DNA from: Clostridia bacterium
GTDB lineage: Bacteria > Bacillota > Clostridia > UMGS1883
Direction of reading: 5' to 3'
Length of the DNA stretch: 33,597 bases
Assembly (NCBI GenBank): GCA_036307325.1
Contig: JAXJXW010000097.1
Location: forward strand, 1-33,597
Shown: positions 25,413-33,597 of the stretch, piece by piece
Layout: each line of letters starts with the position of its first letter
Numbering within the stretch: position 1 is the first letter of the stretch
The notes under the pieces: generated by a model
What the model was told of the DNA's origin: nothing
Database searches by the model: none
What the model saw: only the letters and a program-made list of their open reading frames with translations
Program-made: the position numbers and the translations under genes

Positions 25413-27086
25413 ATGTATAATATGAAAAAGAAATTTGAATATGACAAGGTTAAAAGCTTTACAAATCTTCGTGACATGCTTGAAAAAGCCAAGGATGAGG
25501 CTGCAGACACTTTGGCTTTCAGACATAAAGAAAACAAAAAGGAATGCGATGTAACATACAAGGAATTTTATGAAGATGTTTATGCTCTCGGTACTGCTCT
25601 TGCAGATATTGGAATAGAAAAAACAAATATCGCTTGTTCAGGGGATAACAGTTATAAATGGGTAAATACATACCTAAGTGTTCTCTGCTCAGACAGTGTA
25701 TTTGTCGGCGTTGATAAAGAGCTTCCTCCCCATGACATGCTCAATATATTAAACCGCAGTGAAAGCACCGTATTTTTCTATCATGGCAAGCTTGAAAGCT
25801 TTATAAAAGAAAATCTCGGCGAGCTGGGTTCTATCAAGTATTTCATAGGCTTTGACCGCACAGAGAACGAAGGCAACTTTCTCTCCTTTAACGCACTTCG
25901 GGAAAAAGGCCGTGAGCTTTACAAAAACGGCAATACTTCCTATGTTGATATGAAAACAGAATACGATAAGCTTAAGATGCTTGTTTATACTTCAGGTACA
26001 ACGGGTCTTGCAAAGGGTGTTATGCTTTCTGAGAAAAACCTTTGCTCCATTGTTTATCACGGACTCAGAGTTGCCACTATCCATGATGCAGGGCTTTCCC
26101 TTCTTCCCTATCACCATACATATGAGGCCGTTTGCGGAATTTTGGTTGGTATTCACAAACATACCACCATATGCATAAACGAAAGTCTGCGTGCAATACC
26201 CAAAAACCTTACTCTTTACAAGCCCAGCTATATGATGGTTGTTCCCACAGTGGCATCTGCACTTCATAAAAACATACTTCGCACTGCCCAAAAACAGGGC
26301 AAGCTCAGTGCACTTCTCGTTCTTATGAAGGTTTCAAACGGGCTTCGTAAGGTTGGAATAGATTTGAGAAAGAAGCTTTTCAAATCTATTCTTGACGGAC
26401 TTGGCGGCAACCTGAGCATGGTTATATGCGGCGGTGCACCTGTTCCCGTGGACACGGCTTATTTCTTCGATGCAATAGGCATTGTTCTTATGAACGGATA
26501 CGGAATAACCGAATGTTCTCCCCTTGTCAGTGTTAATGCAGCTGTTGATAATGACTGTCACACAGTAGGTCATGCACTTCCCTGCGTTGAGATAAAAATT
26601 GAGAATAAGGATTCAGACGGAATAGGTGAAATATGTGTTAAGGGTGACACCGTAATGCTGGGATATTATAAGGACCCTGAAAAAACTGCAGAGGTATTGA
26701 AAGACGGTTGGTTCTATACAGGTGACTTTGGCTATTTGAATAAAAACGACCAGCTTGTTATAACAGGCAGAAAGAAGAATATAATTGTTCTTGATAACGG
26801 CAAAAATATTTATCCTGAAGAAATTGAAGAGTATATCTACACTCTGCCCTATGTTAAAGAGGTTGTTGTTTATGAAGCCAAGGAGGATGACAAAACAATT
26901 CTCTGTGCTGAAATTTTCCCCGATGCAGAGCTTTTGGGCGACCATGATGTAAATGCGGACATATGCGGTGTGCTTTCAATTTTACCCTCATATAAGCAAA
27001 TAGGAAAAATCGTAATGCGTGATAAAGAATTTGTAAAGAACAGTTCTCAAAAAATTAAGCGTGACGAAATTGAAAAAAATCGGTAA
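25413..27086 (+). CDS. AMP-dependent synthetase/ligase (long-chain fatty acid-CoA ligase-like)
   Basis: YTSGTTGLAKGVMLS AMP-binding motif, GYGITE and TGDFG. The start may instead be the ATG at 25422, which has better RBS spacing. Confidence 0.85.
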   Translation: MYNMKKKFEYDKVKSFTNLRDMLEKAKDEAADTLAFRHKENKKECDVTYKEFYEDVYALGTALADIGIEKTNIACSGDNSYKWVNTYLSVLCSDSVFVGVDKELPPHDMLNILNRSESTVFFYHGKLESFIKENLGELGSIKYFIGFDRTENEGNFLSFNALREKGRELYKNGNTSYVDMKTEYDKLKMLVYTSGTTGLAKGVMLSEKNLCSIVYHGLRVATIHDAGLSLLPYHHTYEAVCGILVGIHKHTTICINESLRAIPKNLTLYKPSYMMVVPTVASALHKNILRTAQKQGKLSALLVLMKVSNGLRKVGIDLRKKLFKSILDGLGGNLSMVICGGAPVPVDTAYFFDAIGIVLMNGYGITECSPLVSVNAAVDNDCHTVGHALPCVEIKIENKDSDGIGEICVKGDTVMLGYYKDPEKTAEVLKDGWFYTGDFGYLNKNDQLVITGRKKNIIVLDNGKNIYPEEIEEYIYTLPYVKEVVVYEAKEDDKTILCAEIFPDAELLGDHDVNADICGVLSILPSYKQIGKIVMRDKEFVKNSSQKIKRDEIEKNR

Positions 27087-27167
27087 TTCACAAAATTGGA
27101 AATTGTCTCTGTGGGGTTTCATAGTCCACTAGCCAAAAAATTCATCCAAAAATTTACTGTTAATCTA

Positions 27168-27196
27168 TTGACAAATACTATTTATTGTAATATAAT
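27168..27196 (+). promoter_or_regulatory. Consensus sigma-A promoter for the Fur-family gene
   Basis: TTGACA (27168-27173), a 17-nt spacer, then TATAAT (27191-27196). Confidence 0.55.
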
Positions 27197-27202
27197 TCTT
27201 AT

Positions 27203-27217
27203 TGAGAATAAATATCA
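27203..27217. promoter_or_regulatory. Fur-box-like 7-1-7 inverted repeat (candidate autoregulatory operator)
   Basis: TGAGAAT-A-AATATCA matches the Bacillus Fur 7-1-7 consensus TGATAAT-n-ATTATCA at 12 of 14 positions. It lies just downstream of the -10. Confidence 0.45.
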
Positions 27218-27232
27218 TTAAGGATAGATACT

Positions 27233-27613
27233 ATGATTAAAAGAAATACAATCCAGTGTTATTTGGTTCTTGAAGCCGTCAACAATCTCAAGTGTCATGC
27301 AACTGCGGATGAGATATATTATGAGATTAAAAAAAAATATCCCGGTATCAGTAAAGCCACAGTATACCGCAATCTGAATCGTCTGTCTGAAACGGGGGAA
27401 ATCCGTAAAATGGAAATTCCGGGAAGCCCGGACCGTTTCGACCACAGGAGTTTTTTGCATTATCACGCAAGATGTGAAAAATGCGGCAAAATATTTGATA
27501 TGGATATGGAATATGTTGCGGATTTGGATAAAAGCGTTAAGGATTCCCACGGATTTACAATTACCGGGCATGATATTATTTTTAAAGGAATATGTTCTGA
27601 ATGCAGTAAATAA
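27233..27613 (+). CDS. Fur-family metalloregulator (Fur, PerR or Zur not resolved)
   Basis: 126 aa with a winged-helix N-terminus (ATVYRNLNRLSETGEI), an HYH motif and two CxxC pairs (CEKCGK and CSECSK). Confidence 0.9.
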   Translation: MIKRNTIQCYLVLEAVNNLKCHATADEIYYEIKKKYPGISKATVYRNLNRLSETGEIRKMEIPGSPDRFDHRSFLHYHARCEKCGKIFDMDMEYVADLDKSVKDSHGFTITGHDIIFKGICSECSK

Positions 27614-27705
27614 TGTATGGCGTTTTATCCATATAGTCCAACCAATTTATTAAGTACGCATACGGGAGTTAAAACCGTAAATATATAATAAAGGAGTTTG
27701 GTATT

Positions 27706-28269
27706 ATGAGAAGTATTACAACATTTGACCTGCAATATGCGCACAGGTTTTACGGATTCAAGGGTGAAGCTCAGTATTTGCACGGGCATACGGGCGTTCT
27801 GACTATTGAGGTTGAGGATTCAATAGAACCGGGAGTTAATATGGTTTTCCCCTGTAATGAAATTCAGAAAACCGCTTGGGAGCTTTTGAAGAATTTTGAC
27901 CATGCGCTTGTTTTGCGTGAAGATGACCCGCTTCTTCCGGCAATTCTCGGCGTATATGAGGCTCAGGGAATTAAAAACGGAACACCCGGCAATAAAATGA
28001 AGGGTCCCGCTTTTAAGACAGAGCTTGCAACAGCATATCCCGACTGCAGATTGGTTGTTACAAAAGAAACCATGACTGTTGAAGGTATGATAAAAATTGT
28101 ACATGATTTGCTTAAAGATAAGCTGAACATTGCTAAGATTACTTTCACAAGCGGAGTTAATGCCGCTTCTGAAGAATATGAGCCGAATAATAAAATTGAC
28201 CGCTGCCCCCTGTGTGGCATTGCGTTAAATGAAAACGGTGTTTGTACCAAATGCGGATACAAAAAATAA
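27706..28269 (+). CDS. 6-pyruvoyl-tetrahydropterin synthase / QueD-family protein fused to a C-terminal CxxC-x10-CxxC zinc ribbon
   Basis: FDLQYAHRF...LHGHTG holds the His ligands of the PTPS fold. The C-terminus is CPLCGIALNENGVCTKCGY. An AAAGGAG RBS is present. Confidence 0.75.
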   Translation: MRSITTFDLQYAHRFYGFKGEAQYLHGHTGVLTIEVEDSIEPGVNMVFPCNEIQKTAWELLKNFDHALVLREDDPLLPAILGVYEAQGIKNGTPGNKMKGPAFKTELATAYPDCRLVVTKETMTVEGMIKIVHDLLKDKLNIAKITFTSGVNAASEEYEPNNKIDRCPLCGIALNENGVCTKCGYKK

Positions 28270-28283
28270 TTGTTCACCAATTC

Positions 28284-28319
28284 AAGCCTCCCGAAGGACT
28301 TTCTTCGGGAGGCTTTTTA
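28284..28319 (+). terminator. Intrinsic terminator after the PTPS-like gene
   Basis: AAGCCTCCCGAAG (28284-28296) pairs with CTTCGGGAGGCTT (28303-28315), followed by a T-run. Confidence 0.75.
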
Positions 28320-28427
28320 GTAATCTGTATATTTTGCGGCATAGTTTAAAAAGAATTAAATATGGGGGTAGATTTTTTCATATATTTATGATAAAATAAA
28401 TTAAATATTACTTGGGAGGGCTTCGGT

Positions 28428-29261
28428 TTGACTGTAATTAAAGCTTTTATTTTGGGACTAGTGCAGGGAATAAGTGAATTTTTGCCTATTTCAAGTTCAG
28501 GGCATCTTGCCATAATTGGCAGACTTATGAATATGGACCCTGAGGCGGCAAGCCTTCTTTCCTTTAACATTTTGCTTCATGTTGCCACCTTGGCAGCAGT
28601 ATTTATTGTGTTTTTCAAAGATATTTGGGAAATGATAAAGGCGTTTTTTGAAATGCTTCGGGATATTTTCAGCGGCAAAGGTGCAAGGCTTTCAGAATTT
28701 ACATACAGAAAGCTTATTGTTATGCTGATTATAGGCACACTTCCAGCAGTTGCCGCAGCACTTTTATTCGGTGACATAATTGAAAATCCCTCTCTTCTTA
28801 TCATAGGTATTTTCCTTATTATAACTGCGGCGCTTTTGTTTATAAGCGAAAAGCTTGCAGGGGGCAAAACACAGCTTGATGAAATGAAGCTTTCTCAGTC
28901 TCTTTGCGTAGGCATTTTTCAAGCCTTCGGAACACTTCCCGGCATAAGCAGAAGCGGAAGCACCATAGTCGGGGGATTATTTGCAAAGCTTGACAAGAAA
29001 ACGGCAGTCCGTTTTTCATTTCTCCTTTCAATTCCTGCAATACTGGGAGCTCTCGTTCTCGATTTGAAAAATATTGTTTCCGCAGGGGAGCAGTTTCATT
29101 CACTTTCCTGCGTTGCAGTGGGAATGGTTACTGCGGCAGTAAGCGGATACCTTTCAATTCGTTTCCTTCTGAAGCTTGTGGAAAAAAGCAAGCTCAGTTA
29201 TTTTTCTTATTACTGCATTGCGGCAGGTATTTTCAGCATTATTCTTAACTTTACTATTTAA
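28428..29261 (+). CDS. uppP: Undecaprenyl-diphosphate phosphatase (UppP/BacA)
   Basis: GLVQGISEFLPISSSGH and PGISRSGSTI motifs. The start is a TTG with GGGAGGG upstream. Confidence 0.9.
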   Translation: MTVIKAFILGLVQGISEFLPISSSGHLAIIGRLMNMDPEAASLLSFNILLHVATLAAVFIVFFKDIWEMIKAFFEMLRDIFSGKGARLSEFTYRKLIVMLIIGTLPAVAAALLFGDIIENPSLLIIGIFLIITAALLFISEKLAGGKTQLDEMKLSQSLCVGIFQAFGTLPGISRSGSTIVGGLFAKLDKKTAVRFSFLLSIPAILGALVLDLKNIVSAGEQFHSLSCVAVGMVTAAVSGYLSIRFLLKLVEKSKLSYFSYYCIAAGIFSIILNFTI

Positions 29262-29275
29262 GGACGGTTAAACAG

Positions 29276-31753
29276 ATGAATAAATCCAAAAATAAGACCT
29301 CGTCAAAAAATAAGGCTAAGCGTTCACCCTCCGGAAAGGAGCTTGCTTCAAGAAGTACTGCTTCAAAAAGCGCAAGACAAACGAAAAAATCTTCTTCCAA
29401 ATACCCCAAAAAAGAAATCACAATAATTTTACTTGTATTTTTAACGCTTGCTCTTATTCTTTCCTATTATTTTAATGCGTTTGGCGTTCTTGGAAAGTTT
29501 ATACGAAATATGGGGTGCATTCTTTTCGGTGCATGTGCGTACACTATACCTGTCATTGTTCTCATAGGCACGGTTCATATGTTTTTGCGCGGCACACTGT
29601 CGCCCCACAAGCACCGCTATGTGTTTGCCTCGCTGGGAATAATTTGCATAAGTGGTCTGCATACTCTCTATTACACAAGTGTAGATCCGTCATTATTTTC
29701 AGGAGACAATGCGAAATTTCTGTCAATACTTCAAACGGTAATTGAAAGCGGAAAGTTCTGCTATTCGGGAGGCTTGGCAGGTGCACTTATTTCACTGCCC
29801 CTGCGTGCCCTTGTTTCAAATGTAGGCAGTGGAATAATTCTGGTTTTTCTCGCTCTTATTTCCTTTGTAACGGCAACAGGAACAGAGCCAATCACCAGAT
29901 TTGCAAAATTCATTTCCTCTCATTTTTTCAATTTTGTAGAAGATATTGAAAAAGAACGGGAAAATGCCCATAGCGGCGAACAAATTAAAATCATCGGTGA
30001 AAATAATTCATCTGAAGCCAATGAGAAGAAGTCTAAGAAAAAAAGCAGGGAAAGCGAAGAAGCTAAGCCCTCTTCTGAAACAAATCAGGAAGAAGAGCAG
30101 GATTTTAAAATACATCTTTTTGATAAGAAAAAAACAGATACGCCTTCTCAGGAGGAAGCTCCCGATAACACATCTGTTGAAATTCCCGAAGATATTAAAA
30201 AGGTTGCAATGGAAGAATCCGGCGGAACGGAAAGAACAAAGGAGGACAACTCCCCCATTGAGCTTTCTGAGGATGAGATTGAAAATGATTATATTGACTA
30301 TGTATATCCGCCCATTGACCTTCTTTCAAAGTCAAAGCCTTTTCAAAACGGCACTGACCGACCTGAGGATTTGAGAACACAGGCAAAAAAACTGGTTGAT
30401 ACTCTTCATAGCTTCGGCGTTGAAGCAAAAATTCTTGAGGTTAGCAAAGGCCCCAGCGTTACCCGTTTTGAGCTTCAGCCTTCTGTTGGTGTAAAGGTAA
30501 GCAAAATTGTCAATCTTGCTGATGATATTGCCCTTAACCTTGCCGCATTCGGCGTAAGAATTGAGGCGCCTATCCCCGGCAAGGCGGCAGTTGGCATAGA
30601 AATCCCCAATAAAAGCACATCAGTGGTATGTCTGCGTGATGTTATTGACAGTGACGAATTCAAAAACTACAAATCAAAAACCGCCTTTGCCATGGGTAAG
30701 GATATTGCCGGAAATCCCGTTATTTCCGATATTTCAAAAATGCCCCATATGCTTATAGCAGGTGCTACGGGAAGCGGTAAAAGCGTATGTATAAATTCTC
30801 TTATTACAAGCATACTTTATAAAGCAGACCCAAATCAGGTGAAGCTTATTCTGATTGACCCCAAGGTGGTTGAGCTTGGAGTATACAATGGTATTCCCCA
30901 TCTTCTTATCCCTGTTGTTACAGACCCACGCCGTGCGGCAGGTGCCTTAAATTGGGCCGTTCAGGAAATGGTTAAGAGATACCGCCTTTTTGCGGACAGT
31001 AATGTGCGTGATATTAAAGGGTATAATGAATACGCCGCAATAAACGGCGAGCGTGAAATGGAGCAAATTATAATTATTATAGACGAGCTTGCCGACCTTA
31101 TGATGGTAAGCCCCCATGAGGTTGAGGATTCAATATGCCGTCTTGCTCAAATGGCCCGTGCCGCAGGTATGCACCTTGTAATTGCAACACAACGCCCCTC
31201 GGTTGATGTTATCACGGGTTTAATTAAAGCTAATGTTCCCAGCAGAATTGCATTTTCTGTTTCAAGCCAGATTGATAGCCGAACAATACTCGATATGGGC
31301 GGTGCGGAAAAGCTTCTCGGAAAAGGTGACATGCTCTTTCTTCCCATGGGTGCAAGCAAGCCCAAGCGTATTCAGGGTGCGTTTGTAAGCGATAAAGAGG
31401 TTGAAAAAATCGTTGAATTTGTAAAAGAAGGTTCAAAAAGCTGCTATAATGAAGACATTATTGAGCATATTGAAAACGGTGCCGGTGATAAAGAATCAGC
31501 AAATGATGATACAGAGGCAGATGAGCTTCTTCCCCGTGCAGTTGAAATAGTTGTTGAATTGGGACAGGCAAGTGCCTCCCTTCTCCAAAGAAAGCTTAAG
31601 GTTGGCTATTCCAGAGCAGGCAGACTTATTGACCAGCTTGAAGAGCGAGGAATAATTGGTCCTCACGAAGGAAGTAAGCCGAGAAATGTCCTTATAAGCA
31701 GGGCACAATTACAGGAAATGTCACTTTCATCAGATGATGAAGCTTCGTTTTGA
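29276..31753 (+). CDS. ftsK: DNA translocase FtsK/SpoIIIE
   Basis: N-terminal TM segments, a low-complexity linker, a Walker A (GATGSGKS), the IIIIDELADLM motif, and a C-terminal gamma winged helix (SASLLQRKLKVGYSRAGRLIDQLEERGIIG). Confidence 0.95.
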   Translation: MNKSKNKTSSKNKAKRSPSGKELASRSTASKSARQTKKSSSKYPKKEITIILLVFLTLALILSYYFNAFGVLGKFIRNMGCILFGACAYTIPVIVLIGTVHMFLRGTLSPHKHRYVFASLGIICISGLHTLYYTSVDPSLFSGDNAKFLSILQTVIESGKFCYSGGLAGALISLPLRALVSNVGSGIILVFLALISFVTATGTEPITRFAKFISSHFFNFVEDIEKERENAHSGEQIKIIGENNSSEANEKKSKKKSRESEEAKPSSETNQEEEQDFKIHLFDKKKTDTPSQEEAPDNTSVEIPEDIKKVAMEESGGTERTKEDNSPIELSEDEIENDYIDYVYPPIDLLSKSKPFQNGTDRPEDLRTQAKKLVDTLHSFGVEAKILEVSKGPSVTRFELQPSVGVKVSKIVNLADDIALNLAAFGVRIEAPIPGKAAVGIEIPNKSTSVVCLRDVIDSDEFKNYKSKTAFAMGKDIAGNPVISDISKMPHMLIAGATGSGKSVCINSLITSILYKADPNQVKLILIDPKVVELGVYNGIPHLLIPVVTDPRRAAGALNWAVQEMVKRYRLFADSNVRDIKGYNEYAAINGEREMEQIIIIIDELADLMMVSPHEVEDSICRLAQMARAAGMHLVIATQRPSVDVITGLIKANVPSRIAFSVSSQIDSRTILDMGGAEKLLGKGDMLFLPMGASKPKRIQGAFVSDKEVEKIVEFVKEGSKSCYNEDIIEHIENGAGDKESANDDTEADELLPRAVEIVVELGQASASLLQRKLKVGYSRAGRLIDQLEERGIIGPHEGSKPRNVLISRAQLQEMSLSSDDEASF

Positions 31754-31816
31754 TTATTTTTGACAAAAAAATACATTATTTATACTTAATATTTAGTAAA
31801 AATATAAAATTTTTTC

Positions 31817-31845
31817 TTGACAGACTATTTTTTGAGTGATATATT
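31817..31845 (+). promoter_or_regulatory. Sigma-A promoter candidate for sigH
   Basis: TTGACA (31817-31822), a 17-nt spacer, then TATATT (31840-31845). Confidence 0.45.
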
Positions 31846-31867
31846 AAAGAAGAATGGAGGCTGAATA

Positions 31868-32494
31868 ATGCAAAACGATAATTCCACTGAAAATTTAGCC
31901 TCTTTGAGTGATGAAGAGCTTGTAAGCCTTGCTTCTTCGGGAGATGACAGGGCGTTTGACCGCTTGTTGGACAAGTACAGGCTTTTTGTGCTTAATAAGT
32001 CAAAGTCCTATTTTATTGCAGGTGCCGATAATGACGATATTGTTCAGGAGGGCATGATAGGGCTGTTTAAGGCAGTGCGTGATTTCCATTCAGAACGGGG
32101 TGTTTCCTTTAAAACTTTTGCAGATATTTGCATTACAAGGCAAATACTTACGGCAGTTAAAAATTCAACCCGTCAGAAGCATGCTCCGCTGAACTCATAT
32201 ATTTCCCTTAACAAAACAATTGGAGATGATGAAAGCGGTTCAACTCTTATGGACACCATTGATTGCGACATAAATATCAATCCTGAAAGCATAATGCTCA
32301 GCCGTGAAAAGGCAGACGCTATAGAAAGCAAGGTTAATGAGAGCCTTTCGGGATTTGAGCTTTTGGTTTTATCCTATTATTTGCAGGGATTGAGCTATGC
32401 GAAAATAAGTCAAGCAATTGGCAAGGATCCAAAGTCTGTTGATAATGCACTTCAGCGTATAAAAAAGAAGCTGGAAAAAATATCGGATTGCTGA
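31868..32494 (+). CDS. sigH: RNA polymerase sigma-H (early sporulation/transition-state sigma factor)
   Basis: The segment DNDDIVQEGMIGLFKAVRDF...SFKTFADICITRQILTAVKNSTRQKHAPLNSY...SVDNALQRIKKKLEK closely follows Bacillus SigH as I recall it. Confidence 0.85.
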   Translation: MQNDNSTENLASLSDEELVSLASSGDDRAFDRLLDKYRLFVLNKSKSYFIAGADNDDIVQEGMIGLFKAVRDFHSERGVSFKTFADICITRQILTAVKNSTRQKHAPLNSYISLNKTIGDDESGSTLMDTIDCDININPESIMLSREKADAIESKVNESLSGFELLVLSYYLQGLSYAKISQAIGKDPKSVDNALQRIKKKLEKISDC

Positions 32495-32505
32495 AGGTAT
32501 TGTTT

Positions 32506-32579
32506 GCGAGTGTAGCTCAATGGCAGAGTTCCTGCTTCCCAAGCAGGCTATGCGGGTTCGATTCCCGTCACTCGCTCCA
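32506..32579 (+). tRNA. tRNA-Gly (anticodon CCC), CCA encoded
   Basis: A hand-folded cloverleaf. The acceptor stem is GCGAGTG/CACTCGC. The anticodon stem CCTGC/GCAGG carries the loop TTCCCAA (CCC at 32538-32540). The T-loop is TTCGATT, the discriminator is T, and CCA follows. Total length is 74 nt. Confidence 0.9.
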
Positions 32580-32657
32580 AATATTCAATATGCTCGAAAG
32601 CGGCGCATCAGCCGTGGAGGGTGAAAATATTTTATTACTAAGGTAAGGAGATCTAAA

Positions 32658-32927
32658 ATGTACGAAGACAAGACACTTGTCTGCAAGGATTGCGGACAGG
32701 AATTCGTGTTCACAGCAGGCGAACAGGAATTCTATGCAGAAAAAGGCTTCCAGAACGAGCCTCAGAGATGTAAGGATTGCAGAGCTGCTAAAAAGGCTGC
32801 ACTCAGAGAAAACAGAGAAATGTATACTGCTGTTTGCGCTGGTTGCGGCGGAGAAGCAAAGGTTCCGTTTGTTCCCAAGAACGACAGACCCATCTACTGC
32901 AGCGAATGCTTTGCTAAGAACAAGTAA
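32658..32927 (+). CDS. Small zinc-ribbon protein (double CxxC-x17-CxxC type), function unknown
   Basis: CKDCGQEFVFTAGEQEFYAEKGFQNEPQRCKDC is repeated as CAGCGGEAKVPFVPKNDRPIYCSEC. The RBS is strong (AAGGAG). Confidence 0.75.
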   Translation: MYEDKTLVCKDCGQEFVFTAGEQEFYAEKGFQNEPQRCKDCRAAKKAALRENREMYTAVCAGCGGEAKVPFVPKNDRPIYCSECFAKNK

Positions 32928-32971
32928 TCTCCTTTATACTTAGAGATTATATCTGGCAGAACATAACTTAC

Positions 32972-33019
32972 AAGGAGCTGTTGCAGTGCGATTTTTTCGC
33001 ATTGCCGCAGCTCCTTTTG
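32972..33019. terminator. Bidirectional terminator between convergent genes
   Basis: AAGGAGCTG (32972-32980) pairs with CAGCTCCTT (33008-33016). There is an inner helix around a TTTTT loop, followed by TTTT. Confidence 0.6.
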
Positions 33020-33021
33020 GT

Positions 33022-33597
33022 TTATATAAGCGTTTTTTTCATTAAGGCCTTCGCAAGTGTTATTGCCCCATTTAAATCCTTAATATCTACAACTTCGTTT
33101 TGGGAATGAATATACCGTGTTGGAATTGAAATCGTTCCTACCGGAGCTCCGCTGCCGCTTAAATGAATTGCGCCGGCGTCAGTACCGCCGCTTGCTGCCG
33201 CCTCAAGCTGATATTCTATGCCAATACTGTTTGCACAGTCAACCATAAATTTTCTTGCAGAAGGATGTATTATAAAGGATGCGTCTTTCATTTTTATTGC
33301 AGGACCTTTTCCAAGCTTCAGGTTTAATTCCTTGGAAAAGGGTGTATCCCCTGCCGAGGAAACATCAAAAGCTATAGCCATGTGGGGTGATATACGGTTT
33401 GCGGCAACCTTTGCACCACGAAGCCCCACTTCCTCTTGCGCCGTAAAAACAACATAGAGGTCATTTTCACTTTCCTTTGTTTCCTTTAATGCCTTTATAA
33501 GAACATAACACCCTGCACGGTCATCAAGTGCTTTTGACATTACCTTATCAAAGGATATTTCCATGTTTGGGGCAAATGTTGCCATATCACCGATAGA
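33022..33597 (-). CDS. M42-family metallopeptidase (glutamyl aminopeptidase / FrvX / CelM-like). The 5' end is outside the window.
   Basis: KALDDRAGC, FTAQEEVGLRGA and GGTDAG motifs. The frame stays open to position 33597 (SIGD precedes the listed Met). Confidence 0.85.
   Translation of the reverse strand, partial: SIGDMATFAPNMEISFDKVMSKALDDRAGCYVLIKALKETKESENDLYVVFTAQEEVGLRGAKVAANRISPHMAIAFDVSSAGDTPFSKELNLKLGKGPAIKMKDASFIIHPSARKFMVDCANSIGIEYQLEAAASGGTDAGAIHLSGSGAPVGTISIPTRYIHSQNEVVDIKDLNGAITLAKALMKKTLI

Noticed and set aside
27655-27705. A preQ1-I riboswitch upstream of the QueD-like gene, seen as hairpin UACGG-GAGUUAAAA-CCGUA followed by an A-rich tail running into the RBS.
   Set aside because: The loop lacks the conserved C-containing nucleotides, and I could find no P2 pairing between the loop and the tail. 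The resemblance is limited to a 5-bp stem plus A-rich sequence in an AT-rich region.
32677-32943. An 88-aa ORF overlapping the zinc-ribbon gene in another frame.
   Set aside because: The +1-frame alternative has no RBS. The 32658 frame encodes a clean duplicated CxxC-x17-CxxC protein with a strong RBS.
1-33597. A search of the whole window for defence systems, toxin-antitoxin pairs, CRISPR arrays, IS elements and large repeats.
   Set aside because: I recognised none. Every sizeable ORF has a plausible metabolic, housekeeping or BMC assignment. The only long internal similarity is the tandem BMC-H duplication.

Overview
This is a 33.6 kb gene-dense chromosomal window from a spore-forming Firmicute that looks Clostridia-like (sigH, spoIIM, ftsK/spoIIIE, type III glutamine synthetase). 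I support about 38 CDS and one tRNA-Gly(CCC). I found no rRNA, CRISPR array, transposase, IS element or prophage. The centre (about 10.5-23.3 kb, all on the minus strand) is a complete glycyl-radical-enzyme bacterial microcompartment (GRM) locus. In transcription order it encodes: an 839-aa GRE with a diol-dehydratase-like active-site pattern, a short PflA-type activase, EutS/PduU, EutP/PduV, a class II aldolase, a Zn alcohol dehydrogenase, two BMC-H, a BMC-P (EutN), PduS, PduT, a CoA-acylating aldehyde dehydrogenase, two more BMC-H, PduL and a DeoR regulator. This class is already described (the aldolase-containing fucose/rhamnose-type GRM of Clostridium phytofermentans and Roseburia inulinivorans), so I do not claim a new system. 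Several details of this copy deserve a second look: a Cys-rich linker plus C-terminal targeting helix on the aldolase, a roughly 40-aa helical insertion in the GRE, an activase with no auxiliary-cluster domain, divergent shell pore loops, repeated promoter/operator modules, and no sugar isomerase, kinase or permease nearby. The left flank holds a partial enolase-superfamily dehydratase, AraC, a secreted papain-like protein, galM, type III glnA, xerD, spoIIM, a HAD phosphatase, ybaK and an EamA transporter. The glnA gene has a promoter-hairpin-U-tract leader. The right flank holds tsaE, tsaB, rpiB, nrdR, an acyl-CoA ligase, a Fur-family regulator with a Fur-box-like operator, a PTPS/QueD-like protein fused to a zinc ribbon, uppP, ftsK, sigH, tRNA-Gly, a zinc-ribbon protein and a partial M42 peptidase. 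All functional calls come from motif and family recognition by eye. No database search was run.
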